A DNA stretch of 64,000 nucleotides from the NCBI GenBank assembly GCA_964005815.1, contig CAXFSR010000043.1, positions 128,001 through 192,000 on the forward strand. Reading direction: 5' to 3'. The notes under the pieces are model-generated. The model did no database searches. It worked only from the letters and a program-made list of their open reading frames with translations, and was not told where the DNA came from. Shown here one piece after another: positions 1 through 10,214 of the stretch (its first letter is position 1; each line of letters opens with the position of its first letter). A program made the position numbers and the translations under genes. Source of the DNA: an uncultured Nitrospinaceae bacterium (GTDB lineage Bacteria > UBA8248).

Positions 1-859
1 TTTTACTTGGCGACACTACATCCCATGCAAGACCTAATTTTTCCATACATTTAATAACTACGTAAGAAATATCGAATTCGAACCACCTTTGACCATGAGC
101 AGCTGAACGTTGATCCGCGTGATGATTGTTATGCCAACCTTCTCCAAATGAAATCAGTGCAACCCACCAGTTATTGGTACTGTCTTCATCAGTATTATAA
201 TTTCTATATCCCCATAAATGTGTAGCAGAGTTTACAAGCCATGTCGCATGCCAGAGAAAAACGGTTCTAGCAAAAACTCCCCAAATCAACCACGACAATC
301 CAATACCCGCATATAATTCTCCTGCTGCATAGATTATCAAAGCAGTGGCAATGTAAATCATATAAAAATTTTTATTTAGAAAACGCTGTACTGGATCCCT
401 CGCTAAATCTTTCGCAAAACGAGAGTACTGTTTATAAGTATGCGCTCCAGGCATGTCATAAAACAACCATCCTGCGTGCGCCCATAGAAAATTTACCAAA
501 GGAGAATGAGGATCAGGTTCTTCATCTGCTTCCTTATGATGAATCCTATGCATAGCAGTCCACTCTATAGGACCAGATTGCAAGGCCTGACAAGCACAAA
601 AAGTTAAAAAATATTCCATCCATTTATAGGTTCGAAAACTTCTGTGAGTAAGTAATCTATGATAACAAATCGTAATACCGAACATCCCAGTTAAAACATA
701 CATAAAAAATGCGACAGCAAGACCAGAATAGGTAAAGAGATCTTCCCTAAACGCAAGCAATGCAACCACGTGAATCATGCCAATCGCAACGATGGTTGTC
801 CATTGGAGTTTTCTTTCATCTTTTTTATAAATTGCGAGTTTTCTAGATTCTACAGCCAA
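1..859 (-). CDS. Membrane acyl-lipid/acyl-CoA delta-9-type fatty acid desaturase (3' end runs off window)
   Basis: Not in track; manual translation from TTG at 859 (GGGGA RBS) gives His boxes YHRLLTH, HRIHH and GEGWHNNHH. Confidence 0.9.
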   Translation of the reverse strand, partial: MAVESRKLAIYKKDERKLQWTTIVAIGMIHVVALLAFREDLFTYSGLAVAFFMYVLTGMFGITICYHRLLTHRSFRTYKWMEYFLTFCACQALQSGPIEWTAMHRIHHKEADEEPDPHSPLVNFLWAHAGWLFYDMPGAHTYKQYSRFAKDLARDPVQRFLNKNFYMIYIATALIIYAAGELYAGIGLSWLIWGVFARTVFLWHATWLVNSATHLWGYRNYNTDEDSTNNWWVALISFGEGWHNNHHADQRSAAHGQRWFEFDISYVVIKCMEKLGLAWDVVSPSK

Positions 860-1077
860 AACTTATCCCCTATTTAATTTTCGAAATATAAACAGAAACA
901 AAGGCGGAAAATACATAACATTCATGGGAATAATGATCTAAAACAAATCATAAATCAAGGGTGAAAATTAAGTTAATAACTCAAGGCATCAACTTGCAAA
1001 CATCTATTTTGAAGTTTAAATTGAAAATATCTTTTTTTACTCCTAAATAGTTCCACTAATTTTCCAATGGAGAGAGC

Positions 1078-1962
1078 ATGGCATTTATAAAGAGTAACAA
1101 CGTTGACCTATATTACGAAGAAACAGGAAAAGGAACTCCCATCATTTTTGTTCACGAATTTGCTGGTGATTATAGGAGTTGGGAACAACAGGTTAAATTT
1201 TTCTCTAAAAACTATAAAACTATAACCTACAACGCACGCGGATTTCCTCCATCCGAAGTCCCAAAAAATGTTGAGAGTTATAGCCAAGACCTTGCATTAG
1301 AAGATCTTATAAACGTTATAAAAGAATTGTCGATAGGTCCTTGTCATGTAGTTGGTCTTTCTATGGGCGGATTTGCTGCTCTATACATTGGCATGAAATA
1401 CCCTGAACTAACTCGTTCAATTGTAGTTGCTGGATGTGGTTATGGTTCCGTTATAGAACAACAAGAAAATTTCAGAAAAGAAGCCTTAGAAGTTGCAAGA
1501 AGATTTCGGACAGAAGAAATGAATAATTTTGGTAAAGTTTATACTGCAGGACCGACGAGAGTACAATTAGAGAGAAAGAATCCTGCAGAATACAAGAAAT
1601 TTGTTACACATTTTCTAGAACATTCGTCTGAAGGCTGTGCTCTGACTATGGAAGGATTGCAGAGTGCTAGACCCTCCATATATGAATTTGAGAATGAACT
1701 CAGTAAAATGACCGTTCCAACAATGATATTAACTGGTGACGAAGATGAACCTTGTTTGGAACCAGGATTATTCTTAAAAAGAACAATTTCCACTTCTGCG
1801 TTAGTGACTTTTCCTAATGCAGGTCATCTTATTAACTTAGAAGAACCTGATATGTTCAATCTCATTGTTCAGGATTTCATCAATCAAGTTGACAAGGGAA
1901 TATGGCCAAAAAGAGACGAACGTTCTAAAAGCAACTCTGCTTTGCTTGGAGAAAATTCTTAG
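1078..1962 (+). CDS. Alpha/beta hydrolase
   Basis: GLSMGG nucleophile elbow, D (GDED) and H (AGH) triad residues. Confidence 0.85.
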   Translation: MAFIKSNNVDLYYEETGKGTPIIFVHEFAGDYRSWEQQVKFFSKNYKTITYNARGFPPSEVPKNVESYSQDLALEDLINVIKELSIGPCHVVGLSMGGFAALYIGMKYPELTRSIVVAGCGYGSVIEQQENFRKEALEVARRFRTEEMNNFGKVYTAGPTRVQLERKNPAEYKKFVTHFLEHSSEGCALTMEGLQSARPSIYEFENELSKMTVPTMILTGDEDEPCLEPGLFLKRTISTSALVTFPNAGHLINLEEPDMFNLIVQDFINQVDKGIWPKRDERSKSNSALLGENS

Positions 1963-1984
1963 GAGTAAATTAAAGGGGAAGAAA

Positions 1985-2749
1985 ATGAAGGAGAAAATAC
2001 TCGAAGGTAAATTAGCAATTATATCCGGAGCATCTTCGGGAATAGGTGCTGCTATCGCCAAAAGATTTAGCGATGAAGGTGCTTCTGTTTGGCTTGCAGG
2101 AGGAAGCAATAAAGAAAGCCTTATGAAAGTAATTACAGAATCAAAAAAACCCATTAATAAATGTGGGGGAGATAACTACGATCTTACAGATGGCAAAAGA
2201 GCTATACAGATGATTGAAGATGGTCTCAATTTCCTTGGAGGCATCGACATACTAGTTAATTGTGCTGCCATGAGATGCAAAAGCTCTTTCACTGAGTTTA
2301 CAAACCAGAATATTGACGATCTTTTCGAAGTCAATGCAAAATCTGTTTTTTATGCAACCAGAGAAGCCGCACGTACAATGGTCCCTCAAGGAAGCGGAAA
2401 AATTCTCATGATAGGCTCTATAGATGGAGAAAGAGGAATTGTAAAAAACGCTTTGTATAGCACAACAAAAGTTGCAATGCACAGTCTCACTAGAGCACTT
2501 GCTGTTGAATTAGGACCACATGGAATCCGAACTAACTGTATTATGCCTGGAACAACCGAGAGTGAACGAGTCAAAGGTATTCACGAAGCAGATCCTGAAT
2601 TTGCCGAAAGAAAATTAATTCTTATTCCAGCTAAAAGATTTGCTACACCAGAAGAAATGGCTTCCTTGTCTACATTTATAGTTTCCGACGAGAACGACTT
2701 CATGAATGGTTCTTGTATTGCTTCTGATGGTGGAACTCTAGCAATGTGA
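1985..2749 (+). CDS. Classical SDR oxidoreductase
   Basis: GASSGIG, NCAA, YSTTK; ATG at 1985 after AAGGGG RBS preferred over the track start at 1865, which overlaps the upstream gene. Confidence 0.85.
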   Translation: MKEKILEGKLAIISGASSGIGAAIAKRFSDEGASVWLAGGSNKESLMKVITESKKPINKCGGDNYDLTDGKRAIQMIEDGLNFLGGIDILVNCAAMRCKSSFTEFTNQNIDDLFEVNAKSVFYATREAARTMVPQGSGKILMIGSIDGERGIVKNALYSTTKVAMHSLTRALAVELGPHGIRTNCIMPGTTESERVKGIHEADPEFAERKLILIPAKRFATPEEMASLSTFIVSDENDFMNGSCIASDGGTLAM

Positions 2750-2798
2750 TTTTTGATTTAGTTAATGTAAAAGCTCACCTTCAGAATTTTCTCAATCA

Positions 2799-3866
2799 TC
2801 ACATCGCACGATGGTATTGTTTAGGAATATAAGATTTTTCTTTTTGACCTAGAGTTATAGCGGCACGGTATGGCCAATAAGGGTCTCGAAGAAATGCTCT
2901 GCCTAAGAAAACAACATCTGCCTGTCCGTTTCGGATTATTTGATCTGCTTGAAATGGTTCTGTGATCAATCCGACAGATGCTGTAGGAATAGCGACGCTC
3001 TTTCTAATAGTCTCTGAAAAAGGCACTTGATAACCAGGCCCAACAGGAATATCAGCTTTTGGCGTTGAACCTCCCCCACTACAATCTATTAGATCAACTC
3101 CAATTTCTTTAAGCACCGAAGATAACTTGACCGTATCTTCTAATGTCCACCCACCATCAACATAATCCGAACATGAAAGCCTAATACAAAGCGGTTTGTC
3201 TTGAGACCACTCTTCACGAACAATCTTTAAAGTGTCCACTGTAAATTTAATCCTATTCTCAAAGGGACCACCGTATTGATCTGTCCTCTTATTCGAAATC
3301 GGAGAATGAAAACTATGCATTAAATATCCGTGAGCACCATGTACTTCGAGCAAATCAAAACCCGACTTTTCTGCACGAATAGTTGCAGTTCTAAACGCCT
3401 CTTGTACTTGTTCAATATCAGCCGTATTCATTTCCCTTGGGATACGACCCTGCTCATGCATTGAAATAGCACTAGGCCCAATAGGTTCCCAACCACCTTC
3501 TTCGTCGGAAAGATAATGCCCACCCTCCCATGTGGTCGCACAACTTGCTTTTCTCCCTGCATGACCAATTTGAATTCCAGCAACAGCTCCTTGTTCTTTT
3601 ACGAAATCGGAAACTCTCGACAGAAAAGAGATATGTCCATCATTCCAAATACCTGTACATCCAGGAGTAATTCGCCCCCTAGACTCCACTCCTGTTGCCT
3701 CCACCATAACTAAACCAGCTCCACCTGCAGCTCTAGAACCTATATGAACTAAATGCCAATTATTCATCTTCCCATCTTCAGCAGAATATTGACACATAGG
3801 GGAAACACCAATTCTGTTTCTCAAAGTTACTTCCTTCAATTTCATTTCTTCAAATAAATGAGACAA
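2799..3866 (-). CDS. Old yellow enzyme family NADH:flavin oxidoreductase (YqjM/NamA-like)
   Basis: SPMCQYS, HAGRKAS, HGAHGYL, NKRTDQYGG motifs. Confidence 0.9.
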   Translation of the reverse strand: MSHLFEEMKLKEVTLRNRIGVSPMCQYSAEDGKMNNWHLVHIGSRAAGGAGLVMVEATGVESRGRITPGCTGIWNDGHISFLSRVSDFVKEQGAVAGIQIGHAGRKASCATTWEGGHYLSDEEGGWEPIGPSAISMHEQGRIPREMNTADIEQVQEAFRTATIRAEKSGFDLLEVHGAHGYLMHSFHSPISNKRTDQYGGPFENRIKFTVDTLKIVREEWSQDKPLCIRLSCSDYVDGGWTLEDTVKLSSVLKEIGVDLIDCSGGGSTPKADIPVGPGYQVPFSETIRKSVAIPTASVGLITEPFQADQIIRNGQADVVFLGRAFLRDPYWPYRAAITLGQKEKSYIPKQYHRAM

Positions 3867-3901
3867 ATCAGAATCCTCCTGACGTAAAAATCATCTAGAA
3901 A

Positions 3902-4690
3902 TTAAGGAGTTGATCTCCTCGCACCACCGTCCATATATATGGAACTGCCAAAAACATAACTACATTTCTCAGAAGCTAAAAAAGCAACTACGGGACCTAC
4001 TTCTTCCGGCTCACATATTCTTCCAGCAGGAAGAGAAGAACCTAGCTCTGACAAAATATCTTCCACATCTCTTCCTTCTTTTTTTGCACGAGGTTCGTAG
4101 ATATCACGTGCTCTTTGTGTATTTGTCATTCCTGGACAGACTGTATTAATCAAAATTCCTTCGCCAGCAACTGCATCGGAAATTGCTCTAGTCATATTTA
4201 AAATTGTAATATTCGCAAGACTTGTCGGTATATTCCCTCTTGTAGGACTAGTACCTGCTCCTCCTGCCACATTAATAATACGACCCCATTTTTTTTCTTT
4301 CATATACGGAATTACCATCTGTGCAAGCCTAAGATAACCATAGGACTTAAGTCCGAGAGCATCATCTATAAGAGAAACGTCCAAATCAAGGATATCGCCT
4401 CCCTTAGCCGCACCAGCACAATTTACTAAAACATCAATACTTCCAAATTTATCAATACAGGCATCTACTACACTTATGCATCCTTCATGTGTAGATAGAT
4501 CTGCAGAAACAAAATCTGCACTTCCACCCTCTTTCTTAATTTCTGCAACCGTTTTAGAAAGCAAATCTTCATTTCTAGCTGTAATCAGAACAGCACTTCC
4601 CTCTTTAGCAAGTTCAAACGCACATTCTCTACCTATGCCCCTACTAGCTCCAGTGACTATTGAAATTTTATCTTTTAAACCTAAGTCCAT
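3902..4690 (-). CDS. SDR family oxidoreductase (atypical, no YxxxK)
   Basis: MDLGL start after AGGAG RBS, TGASRGIG, NCAG; TSLAN at the YxxxK position. Confidence 0.85.
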   Translation of the reverse strand: MDLGLKDKISIVTGASRGIGRECAFELAKEGSAVLITARNEDLLSKTVAEIKKEGGSADFVSADLSTHEGCISVVDACIDKFGSIDVLVNCAGAAKGGDILDLDVSLIDDALGLKSYGYLRLAQMVIPYMKEKKWGRIINVAGGAGTSPTRGNIPTSLANITILNMTRAISDAVAGEGILINTVCPGMTNTQRARDIYEPRAKKEGRDVEDILSELGSSLPAGRICEPEEVGPVVAFLASEKCSYVFGSSIYMDGGARRSTP

Positions 4691-4710
4691 CTGTATTCTC
4701 CTAAAGGGAA

Positions 4711-5799
4711 TTATTCTAGTGCTACTTGGCAAGGATTAGTCGCTTTATATTCTTCTTTTTTATGAGTAATCTCCATGGCTTCAGGAAGTTTATCTATGCC
4801 TGAAACTTCATGAGTAACAAGAGACTTCAAATCAACCCTTCCCCCTGCAACCCAATCTGCTCCCAAACTAATAGTATCTCTGCCATGGCCCTCAGGAAAA
4901 ATCCAATTAATTCCCTGAGTCCTCATAAATACTGGATCTACATTTACACTCCCAACCAAACCCGCAACCTGAACAACCCTGCCTCCGATTCTAACCATCT
5001 CAAATGCTTGTTGTTTAGTCTCATGACCTGACAAACCTTGGTCAGGATTACCACCTGCGCATTCAAAAACAATATCTACACCCTTCCCCTTTGTTGCTTT
5101 GAGGACTTCAGACACAGCATCTTTTTCTCTTGCATTAATTACGAGATCAGCGGCAAATTTTTCGCTCAAACTTAATGCTTCTTCTTTAACATCGGTCACA
5201 AAAACTGAACCTGCACCACACATACGAGCAGCTTGAAGAATATAAATGCCCATAACTCCTTGACCTGTCACCGCTACACTATTTCCAACTGAAATTTTCG
5301 AATCACGTACTGCTGCTACAGCTGAGGAGAAAGGCTGAAGACATGCCACTGAAACATCATCTAAAACTTCGGGAACTTTAACTAATCCTTCTTCAGGAAG
5401 AGATATCATTTCAGCAAATGCACCCGGTGTGTTTATTCCAACATGCAACTTATCGATACACCAAGGATCTTTTCCCTCTTTACACCAGTCACAAACCCCA
5501 CAAGGAATATGTCCAGATGTACAAACTATATCCCCTGGGCTGAGAGTGGACACTCCATCTCCTACTTCAACGACTTCTGCACTCATCTCATGCCCGAGAA
5601 GTTGAACAGGTGCATGTTCCTCCAACTGTTTTTTTAAAAGTGCAGAATTAATTGTACCAATACCTAAGGCTCTTTGGACATCCGTAATACTTGGTTGAAC
5701 TCTCCTTATTTTACAGACAGCATACCCAGATTTTGCTTTTGGATCAGGTACCTCCTCTAATCGCATATCACCAAACGCGTGAAAAACCCATGCTTTCAT
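4711..5799 (-). CDS. Zinc-binding MDR dehydrogenase
   Basis: GHE motif, structural Zn CGVCDWC..C, GQGVMG Rossmann motif. Confidence 0.85.
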   Translation of the reverse strand: MKAWVFHAFGDMRLEEVPDPKAKSGYAVCKIRRVQPSITDVQRALGIGTINSALLKKQLEEHAPVQLLGHEMSAEVVEVGDGVSTLSPGDIVCTSGHIPCGVCDWCKEGKDPWCIDKLHVGINTPGAFAEMISLPEEGLVKVPEVLDDVSVACLQPFSSAVAAVRDSKISVGNSVAVTGQGVMGIYILQAARMCGAGSVFVTDVKEEALSLSEKFAADLVINAREKDAVSEVLKATKGKGVDIVFECAGGNPDQGLSGHETKQQAFEMVRIGGRVVQVAGLVGSVNVDPVFMRTQGINWIFPEGHGRDTISLGADWVAGGRVDLKSLVTHEVSGIDKLPEAMEITHKKEEYKATNPCQVALE

Positions 5800-5895
5800 A
5801 GCTTGTGAATCCTCAAAATATGTTTAATATATAGAAACAAAAAAAAAGACTTTAACATTTTTCACATGCGAATTACACATTAGGAGAAAACAATA

Positions 5896-6951
5896 ATGCC
5901 TTCTAGTATTTTTGAATATAAAACATTGTTCGTATTTGTAGAGAGTGTCTTCACATCTCTAGGAGTATCCCGCTTAAACTCAAAAAAGTGTGCTGCACAA
6001 ACTTTAGATGCAGAACTTAGAGGTGTAACCTCTCACGGTTTCGTTCGTCTCAATTCCTTTGTAGAAAGATTAAAAAAGAAAACAGCTAATCCGAAGCCAA
6101 AAATTAAAAGCATTACAAATCTTCCATCTTATTCGCTTTTAGATGGAGATAATGGATTAAGTGCTATTGTAGGTGAGGAAACTATGAAAACAGCTATAAA
6201 AAAAGCGAAGAGTGCAGGCTTCGGAGCGGCCGCTGTAAGAAATTCATTACATACTGGACATATTGGATATTTCGCAGCCATGGCACTGAAAAAAAATATG
6301 ATCGGTATAGTCATTAGTGGTTCAGTGGGAAATTTGGCTCCTTGGGGAGGTTCTGAAAGAATGATTGGAAACAATCCAATTGCTTTTGCAATTCCTTCAA
6401 ATCAAAAGTTTCCCATTATTTTTGATATAGCTACTTCTAAAGTTGCAAGAGGTTACGTAATGTTAGCAGCTAAAACAGGAGAAGAAATACCTGATGGTTG
6501 GGCCTTAGACAAATCAGGAAAATCTACTACTAATCCAATTGAAGCTTTAAAGGGCACCATGGTTCCTCTCGGAGATCATAAAGGCTACGGTCTAGCATTA
6601 ATGTTTTCTTTTCTCACTGCAACATTATCAGGAAATACATTCGACGGAGATCAGCCAGACTGGCTTGAAACAGATAAAATTTGCTCTCTGCCAATGTTAT
6701 GCATTGCAATCGATCCTAAACAATGTCTTGGAAAAGAATATAAATCCAAGGTTGATACCATTGTAGAAAAAATAAAACAATCTAATCTAGCACCTGGTTA
6801 TGATGAGATCTTGATTCCTGGAGAAAATTCTAATAAAAAATACGAAAAAAACCTAAAAAAGGGGTTAAGACTAAACACGAAACTAGTTCAAGAGATGAAT
6901 AAACTTGCTAAGGAACTTGGAATAGAAAAATTGAATACTAACAATTCCTGA
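5896..6951 (+). CDS. Ldh_2 family (ComC/AllD/DpkA-like) oxidoreductase
   Basis: GVTSHG, DGDNG, GNNPIA, DIATS, HKGYGL, IPGE motifs. Confidence 0.9.
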   Translation: MPSSIFEYKTLFVFVESVFTSLGVSRLNSKKCAAQTLDAELRGVTSHGFVRLNSFVERLKKKTANPKPKIKSITNLPSYSLLDGDNGLSAIVGEETMKTAIKKAKSAGFGAAAVRNSLHTGHIGYFAAMALKKNMIGIVISGSVGNLAPWGGSERMIGNNPIAFAIPSNQKFPIIFDIATSKVARGYVMLAAKTGEEIPDGWALDKSGKSTTNPIEALKGTMVPLGDHKGYGLALMFSFLTATLSGNTFDGDQPDWLETDKICSLPMLCIAIDPKQCLGKEYKSKVDTIVEKIKQSNLAPGYDEILIPGENSNKKYEKNLKKGLRLNTKLVQEMNKLAKELGIEKLNTNNS

Positions 6952-6956
6952 TAGCA

Positions 6957-6985
6957 TTGAAGGTTTCATGAATTTCCCTTAATAT
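6957..6985 (+). promoter_or_regulatory. Candidate sigma70 promoter for the lyase cluster
   Basis: TTGAAG-N17-TAATAT. Confidence 0.35.
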
Positions 6986-7041
6986 TACCGACTATATTTC
7001 AGATTAATTTTGAAACTATGAAAATATTTCAAGGAGATAAA

Positions 7042-7338
7042 ATGACAGTTACTGCAATGATTATTGAAAAAGGAGACCACGTCGCGACTTGTCTCTCTAA
7101 GGTAAAAAAAGGCGACAAGGTAAAACTTATGCATAATGGCAAGACTGGAAAAACTATCAAATCTAATTCCGCAATTCCATACATTCACAAGATTTGTATC
7201 TCCCCTATTACAAAAGGAGAACACTGCATGAAGTATGGGTTATCTATAGGTATAGCGACTAAAGATATTAAAATTGGCGATTATATTCACGTACATAATA
7301 TTGAGAGCGCCCGTGGTCGTGGCGATCTTGAAGTTTAA
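7042..7338 (+). CDS. SAF-domain small subunit of a UxaA/SuyA-type dehydratase/lyase
   Basis: D.VAT, IPYIHKI, KYG..IG.A..DI..GDYIHVHN; AAGGAG RBS before ATG 7042. Confidence 0.85.
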   Translation: MTVTAMIIEKGDHVATCLSKVKKGDKVKLMHNGKTGKTIKSNSAIPYIHKICISPITKGEHCMKYGLSIGIATKDIKIGDYIHVHNIESARGRGDLEV

Positions 7339-7351
7339 GTAGGAGGTAAAA

Positions 7352-8551
7352 ATGAAATCAAGAACATCATCAAATAAGAGACTAAGAAAAACATGGTGGG
7401 GATATCCTCGAGAAAATGGTGACGTTGGGTCAAGAAATTACCTATTAATTTTAAGTGGTACACTTTACGCAAATCCAACTTGCGAACGTGTTGCAAGAAC
7501 TCTTCGGCATAGCATAGCTATCACTCACCCTCTTGGAAGATGTCAAATTGCTCCTGATCTGGAAAGAACATTTGAAACACTAGTTGGACATGGACAAAAT
7601 GCAAATGCTGGCGCTGTTATTGTAATTGACCATCATAGAGAAGAGGGTTGCACATCAGATGAAATTGCGCATGAAATTGCAAAAACTGGAAAAAGAGTAG
7701 AAGCAGTTAATATTAGAGAAAGTGGAGGTGCAATAGAAGCTACAGCTAAAGCTACTAGAATTGGAATGGAGATGTTAAGAGAACTTTCCACAGAACTTAG
7801 ACAAGAAGTACCTCTAAGCAAACTTCTTCTTGGTTTAAATTGCGGCACCTCTGATACTACTTCTGGTCTTTCACATAATAAAGCTACCGGTTGGGTAACA
7901 GAAAATGTCATAAAAGCAGGCGGAAGAGCTCTCCTTGCCGAAACAACAGAAATGATGGGAGGGGAAGGAGTTCTAGCAGACAAGTGCATTAAACCTGCGC
8001 ATGGAAAAAGAATATGGAAAATGGTTGAAGAAATGGAAGAGAGAATTTTAGCATGTGGAGTAGATCTACGCGGCAGCCAACCAACAGGAGACAATATGGA
8101 AGGTGGTCTTACTACCATAGAAGAGAAATCCTTGGGTGCAATTCAAAAAGCAGGAAACGCGCCTATTGTAGATGTAATACCATGGGCAAAAAGAGCTAGC
8201 AAAAAATCTGGCTTACACGTCATGGACACACCTGGCCACGGAGGGGAATCTATAACAGGAATTGCAGCTGGTGGCTCTCAAGTTCTTATCTTTTCAACCG
8301 GCGGTGGACATACAATAAATCATCCTCTTATGAATACGATCAGGATCACTGGAAATCCACTTTCCGCTAAACTTCAACGAGACACTACTGATGTTGAAGT
8401 TACAGATATTTTTGAGGGAACACCAATAGAAGTGGCAGGAAGAAGAGTTTACGACGAGGTCTTAGATGTCGCGAGCGGAAAAATGACGAAAGCAGAAATT
8501 CTACATGAGGATAACGCATTTGCTATCAATAGATGCGGACCAAGTGTATAA
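7352..8551 (+). CDS. UxaA/GarD/SuyB family large subunit (sugar-acid dehydratase or sulfo-lyase)
   Basis: GY.RENG.VG.RN, CGTSD.TSG, GGLTTIEEKSLGA, MDTPG, FSTG motifs. Confidence 0.85.
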   Translation: MKSRTSSNKRLRKTWWGYPRENGDVGSRNYLLILSGTLYANPTCERVARTLRHSIAITHPLGRCQIAPDLERTFETLVGHGQNANAGAVIVIDHHREEGCTSDEIAHEIAKTGKRVEAVNIRESGGAIEATAKATRIGMEMLRELSTELRQEVPLSKLLLGLNCGTSDTTSGLSHNKATGWVTENVIKAGGRALLAETTEMMGGEGVLADKCIKPAHGKRIWKMVEEMEERILACGVDLRGSQPTGDNMEGGLTTIEEKSLGAIQKAGNAPIVDVIPWAKRASKKSGLHVMDTPGHGGESITGIAAGGSQVLIFSTGGGHTINHPLMNTIRITGNPLSAKLQRDTTDVEVTDIFEGTPIEVAGRRVYDEVLDVASGKMTKAEILHEDNAFAINRCGPSV

Positions 8552-8562
8552 GTTTCTTTGAC

Positions 8563-9156
8563 ATGACGGAATCTATACAGACGCTCTCATACAAGGAAAC
8601 TATAGATAAACTTGCCCTCGAAGAAAAATCCGAGGGCTGGTTATCTTGGTGTGAAGAGAATCAATTATTCCAATATCCAGTTACAGAATGGATAGAGATC
8701 ATAAGTAATATCATAAAAAAAACCGGTTCTAAAAAAAATTTAGAAATAGCTTCTGGTAATGGGATTATTGGAAACGCAATTAGAGATACAGGCGTGCCTA
8801 TAGTACTTTCCGATCTAATTAACAACAAAAGTATTGAAAATCTGGACGCAACAAGAGCATTGAAGAAATATAATCCAGATCTCGTTTTTACATGTTGGAC
8901 ACCATATGATTCAGACATAGATTGTTTGATATTGAATCATCCAACCGTCACATGGTATTTGACTGTAATGCAAACTGGACCTGGATTTGTGGGAAACGAG
9001 TTGATATGGAATTTTCCTGAATGGAAATTCAGAGAAATCCAAACTGCGAGTAAATTTTCAGTATCAAGAACAGATTTCCTTACAAAAGTAGACCATGGGG
9101 AACATATTATCCATGGGAAAACTTTTTTATTTACAAGAGAAATGGAGAACAATTAG
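8563..9156 (+). CDS. Hypothetical protein, class I SAM-methyltransferase-like
   Basis: LEIASGNG resembles SAM-binding motif I. Confidence 0.5.
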   Translation: MTESIQTLSYKETIDKLALEEKSEGWLSWCEENQLFQYPVTEWIEIISNIIKKTGSKKNLEIASGNGIIGNAIRDTGVPIVLSDLINNKSIENLDATRALKKYNPDLVFTCWTPYDSDIDCLILNHPTVTWYLTVMQTGPGFVGNELIWNFPEWKFREIQTASKFSVSRTDFLTKVDHGEHIIHGKTFLFTREMENN

Positions 9157-9158
9157 TT

Positions 9159-10214
9159 ATGCCTTCCAAAACTACCGCAGAATCCCTCGACAACTTTCTC
9201 AAGGAAGTTTTCTCTACTTTAGAAATGCCAAAAGTTGACGCTGAGTGGATTTCCGAAACACTTGTTCAAGCCGAACTAAAAGGAGTATCTAGTCACGGTG
9301 TAATTCGTATGCCGCAATATACGAAAAGATTAGAATTGTCTCTCGTAAATCCCAAACCAAAAATAACCACTATTAAAGATGCAGGTTCCCTTGCCTTACT
9401 TGATGGAGATAATGGGATGGGACAAATTGTTTCTAGAGATGCAATGCAAGACTGTATTCAAAGAGCAAAGGAACACAATGTAGGAGTTGTCTTTGTCAAA
9501 GAAAGCAACCATTTTGGAGCTGCGGCAACTTACACAGTGCAGGCCGCAAAAGAAGGAATGATTGGAATATGCACAACAACTACTATTCCGATTATGGCCC
9601 CAAGCGGCGGGAAAGAAGCAAAAGTGGGAAATAATCCTATTTCAATAGCTTTCCCATCAGAACCTATGATGGTTCTTGATATGGCACTTAGCAACGTAGC
9701 AAGAGGGTATGTTATTGAAGCTGCTAGGGCCGGAAAATCTATTCCGGAAAGCTGGGGCAAAGATGAAAAAGGGAACCCGACAACTGATCCTAACGAAGTT
9801 TTAAAGAGTTCACTATTATCCTCAATAGCAGAACACAAAGGAAGTGGTCTTTCGATAGCTATCGACGCTGTCCTTGCCAGTATTTCTGGATCTAGAAATA
9901 GTTCAGATATAATAGGAATTAACGATTTTTCAGGGAAAAGTGGAGTCACTCATTTATTCATTGCAATTAATATTGAATCATTAACTCCAGTTAAAGAATT
10001 TTCAATGGCAGCAAATGTTTTCCTCAATATGCTTAGAAACACAGAAAAAGCTGATGGAATTGAGAAGATTTATATGCCAGGCGAAATCGAAAATGAATTA
10101 GAAGCGGAACGTAAAAAGAACGGTTTCACAATATCCAAAGAACGTTTAAATGAACTTGATGAAATAGCTGACAGACTGCACATCAGTCCTTTAGAGAGAA
10201 CGAGTAATGACTGA
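9159..10214 (+). CDS. Second Ldh_2 family oxidoreductase
   Basis: GVSSHG, DGDNGMG, SNHFG, GNNPIS, HKGSGL, MPGE. Confidence 0.9.
   Translation: MPSKTTAESLDNFLKEVFSTLEMPKVDAEWISETLVQAELKGVSSHGVIRMPQYTKRLELSLVNPKPKITTIKDAGSLALLDGDNGMGQIVSRDAMQDCIQRAKEHNVGVVFVKESNHFGAAATYTVQAAKEGMIGICTTTTIPIMAPSGGKEAKVGNNPISIAFPSEPMMVLDMALSNVARGYVIEAARAGKSIPESWGKDEKGNPTTDPNEVLKSSLLSSIAEHKGSGLSIAIDAVLASISGSRNSSDIIGINDFSGKSGVTHLFIAINIESLTPVKEFSMAANVFLNMLRNTEKADGIEKIYMPGEIENELEAERKKNGFTISKERLNELDEIADRLHISPLERTSND

Noticed and set aside
1865..1984. N-terminal extension of the SDR in the track
   Set aside because: Overlaps the hydrolase gene; the RBS supports ATG 1985
7633..8118. 161-aa minus-strand ORF (representative of many 60-160 aa antisense ORFs in the track)
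   Set aside because: Lies fully opposite a well-supported gene; Ser/Ile/Pro-rich composition typical of shadow frames
7042..8551. Assigning suyA/suyB or uxaA gene symbols
   Set aside because: The family is clear, but substrate specificity cannot be determined without phylogeny or assay
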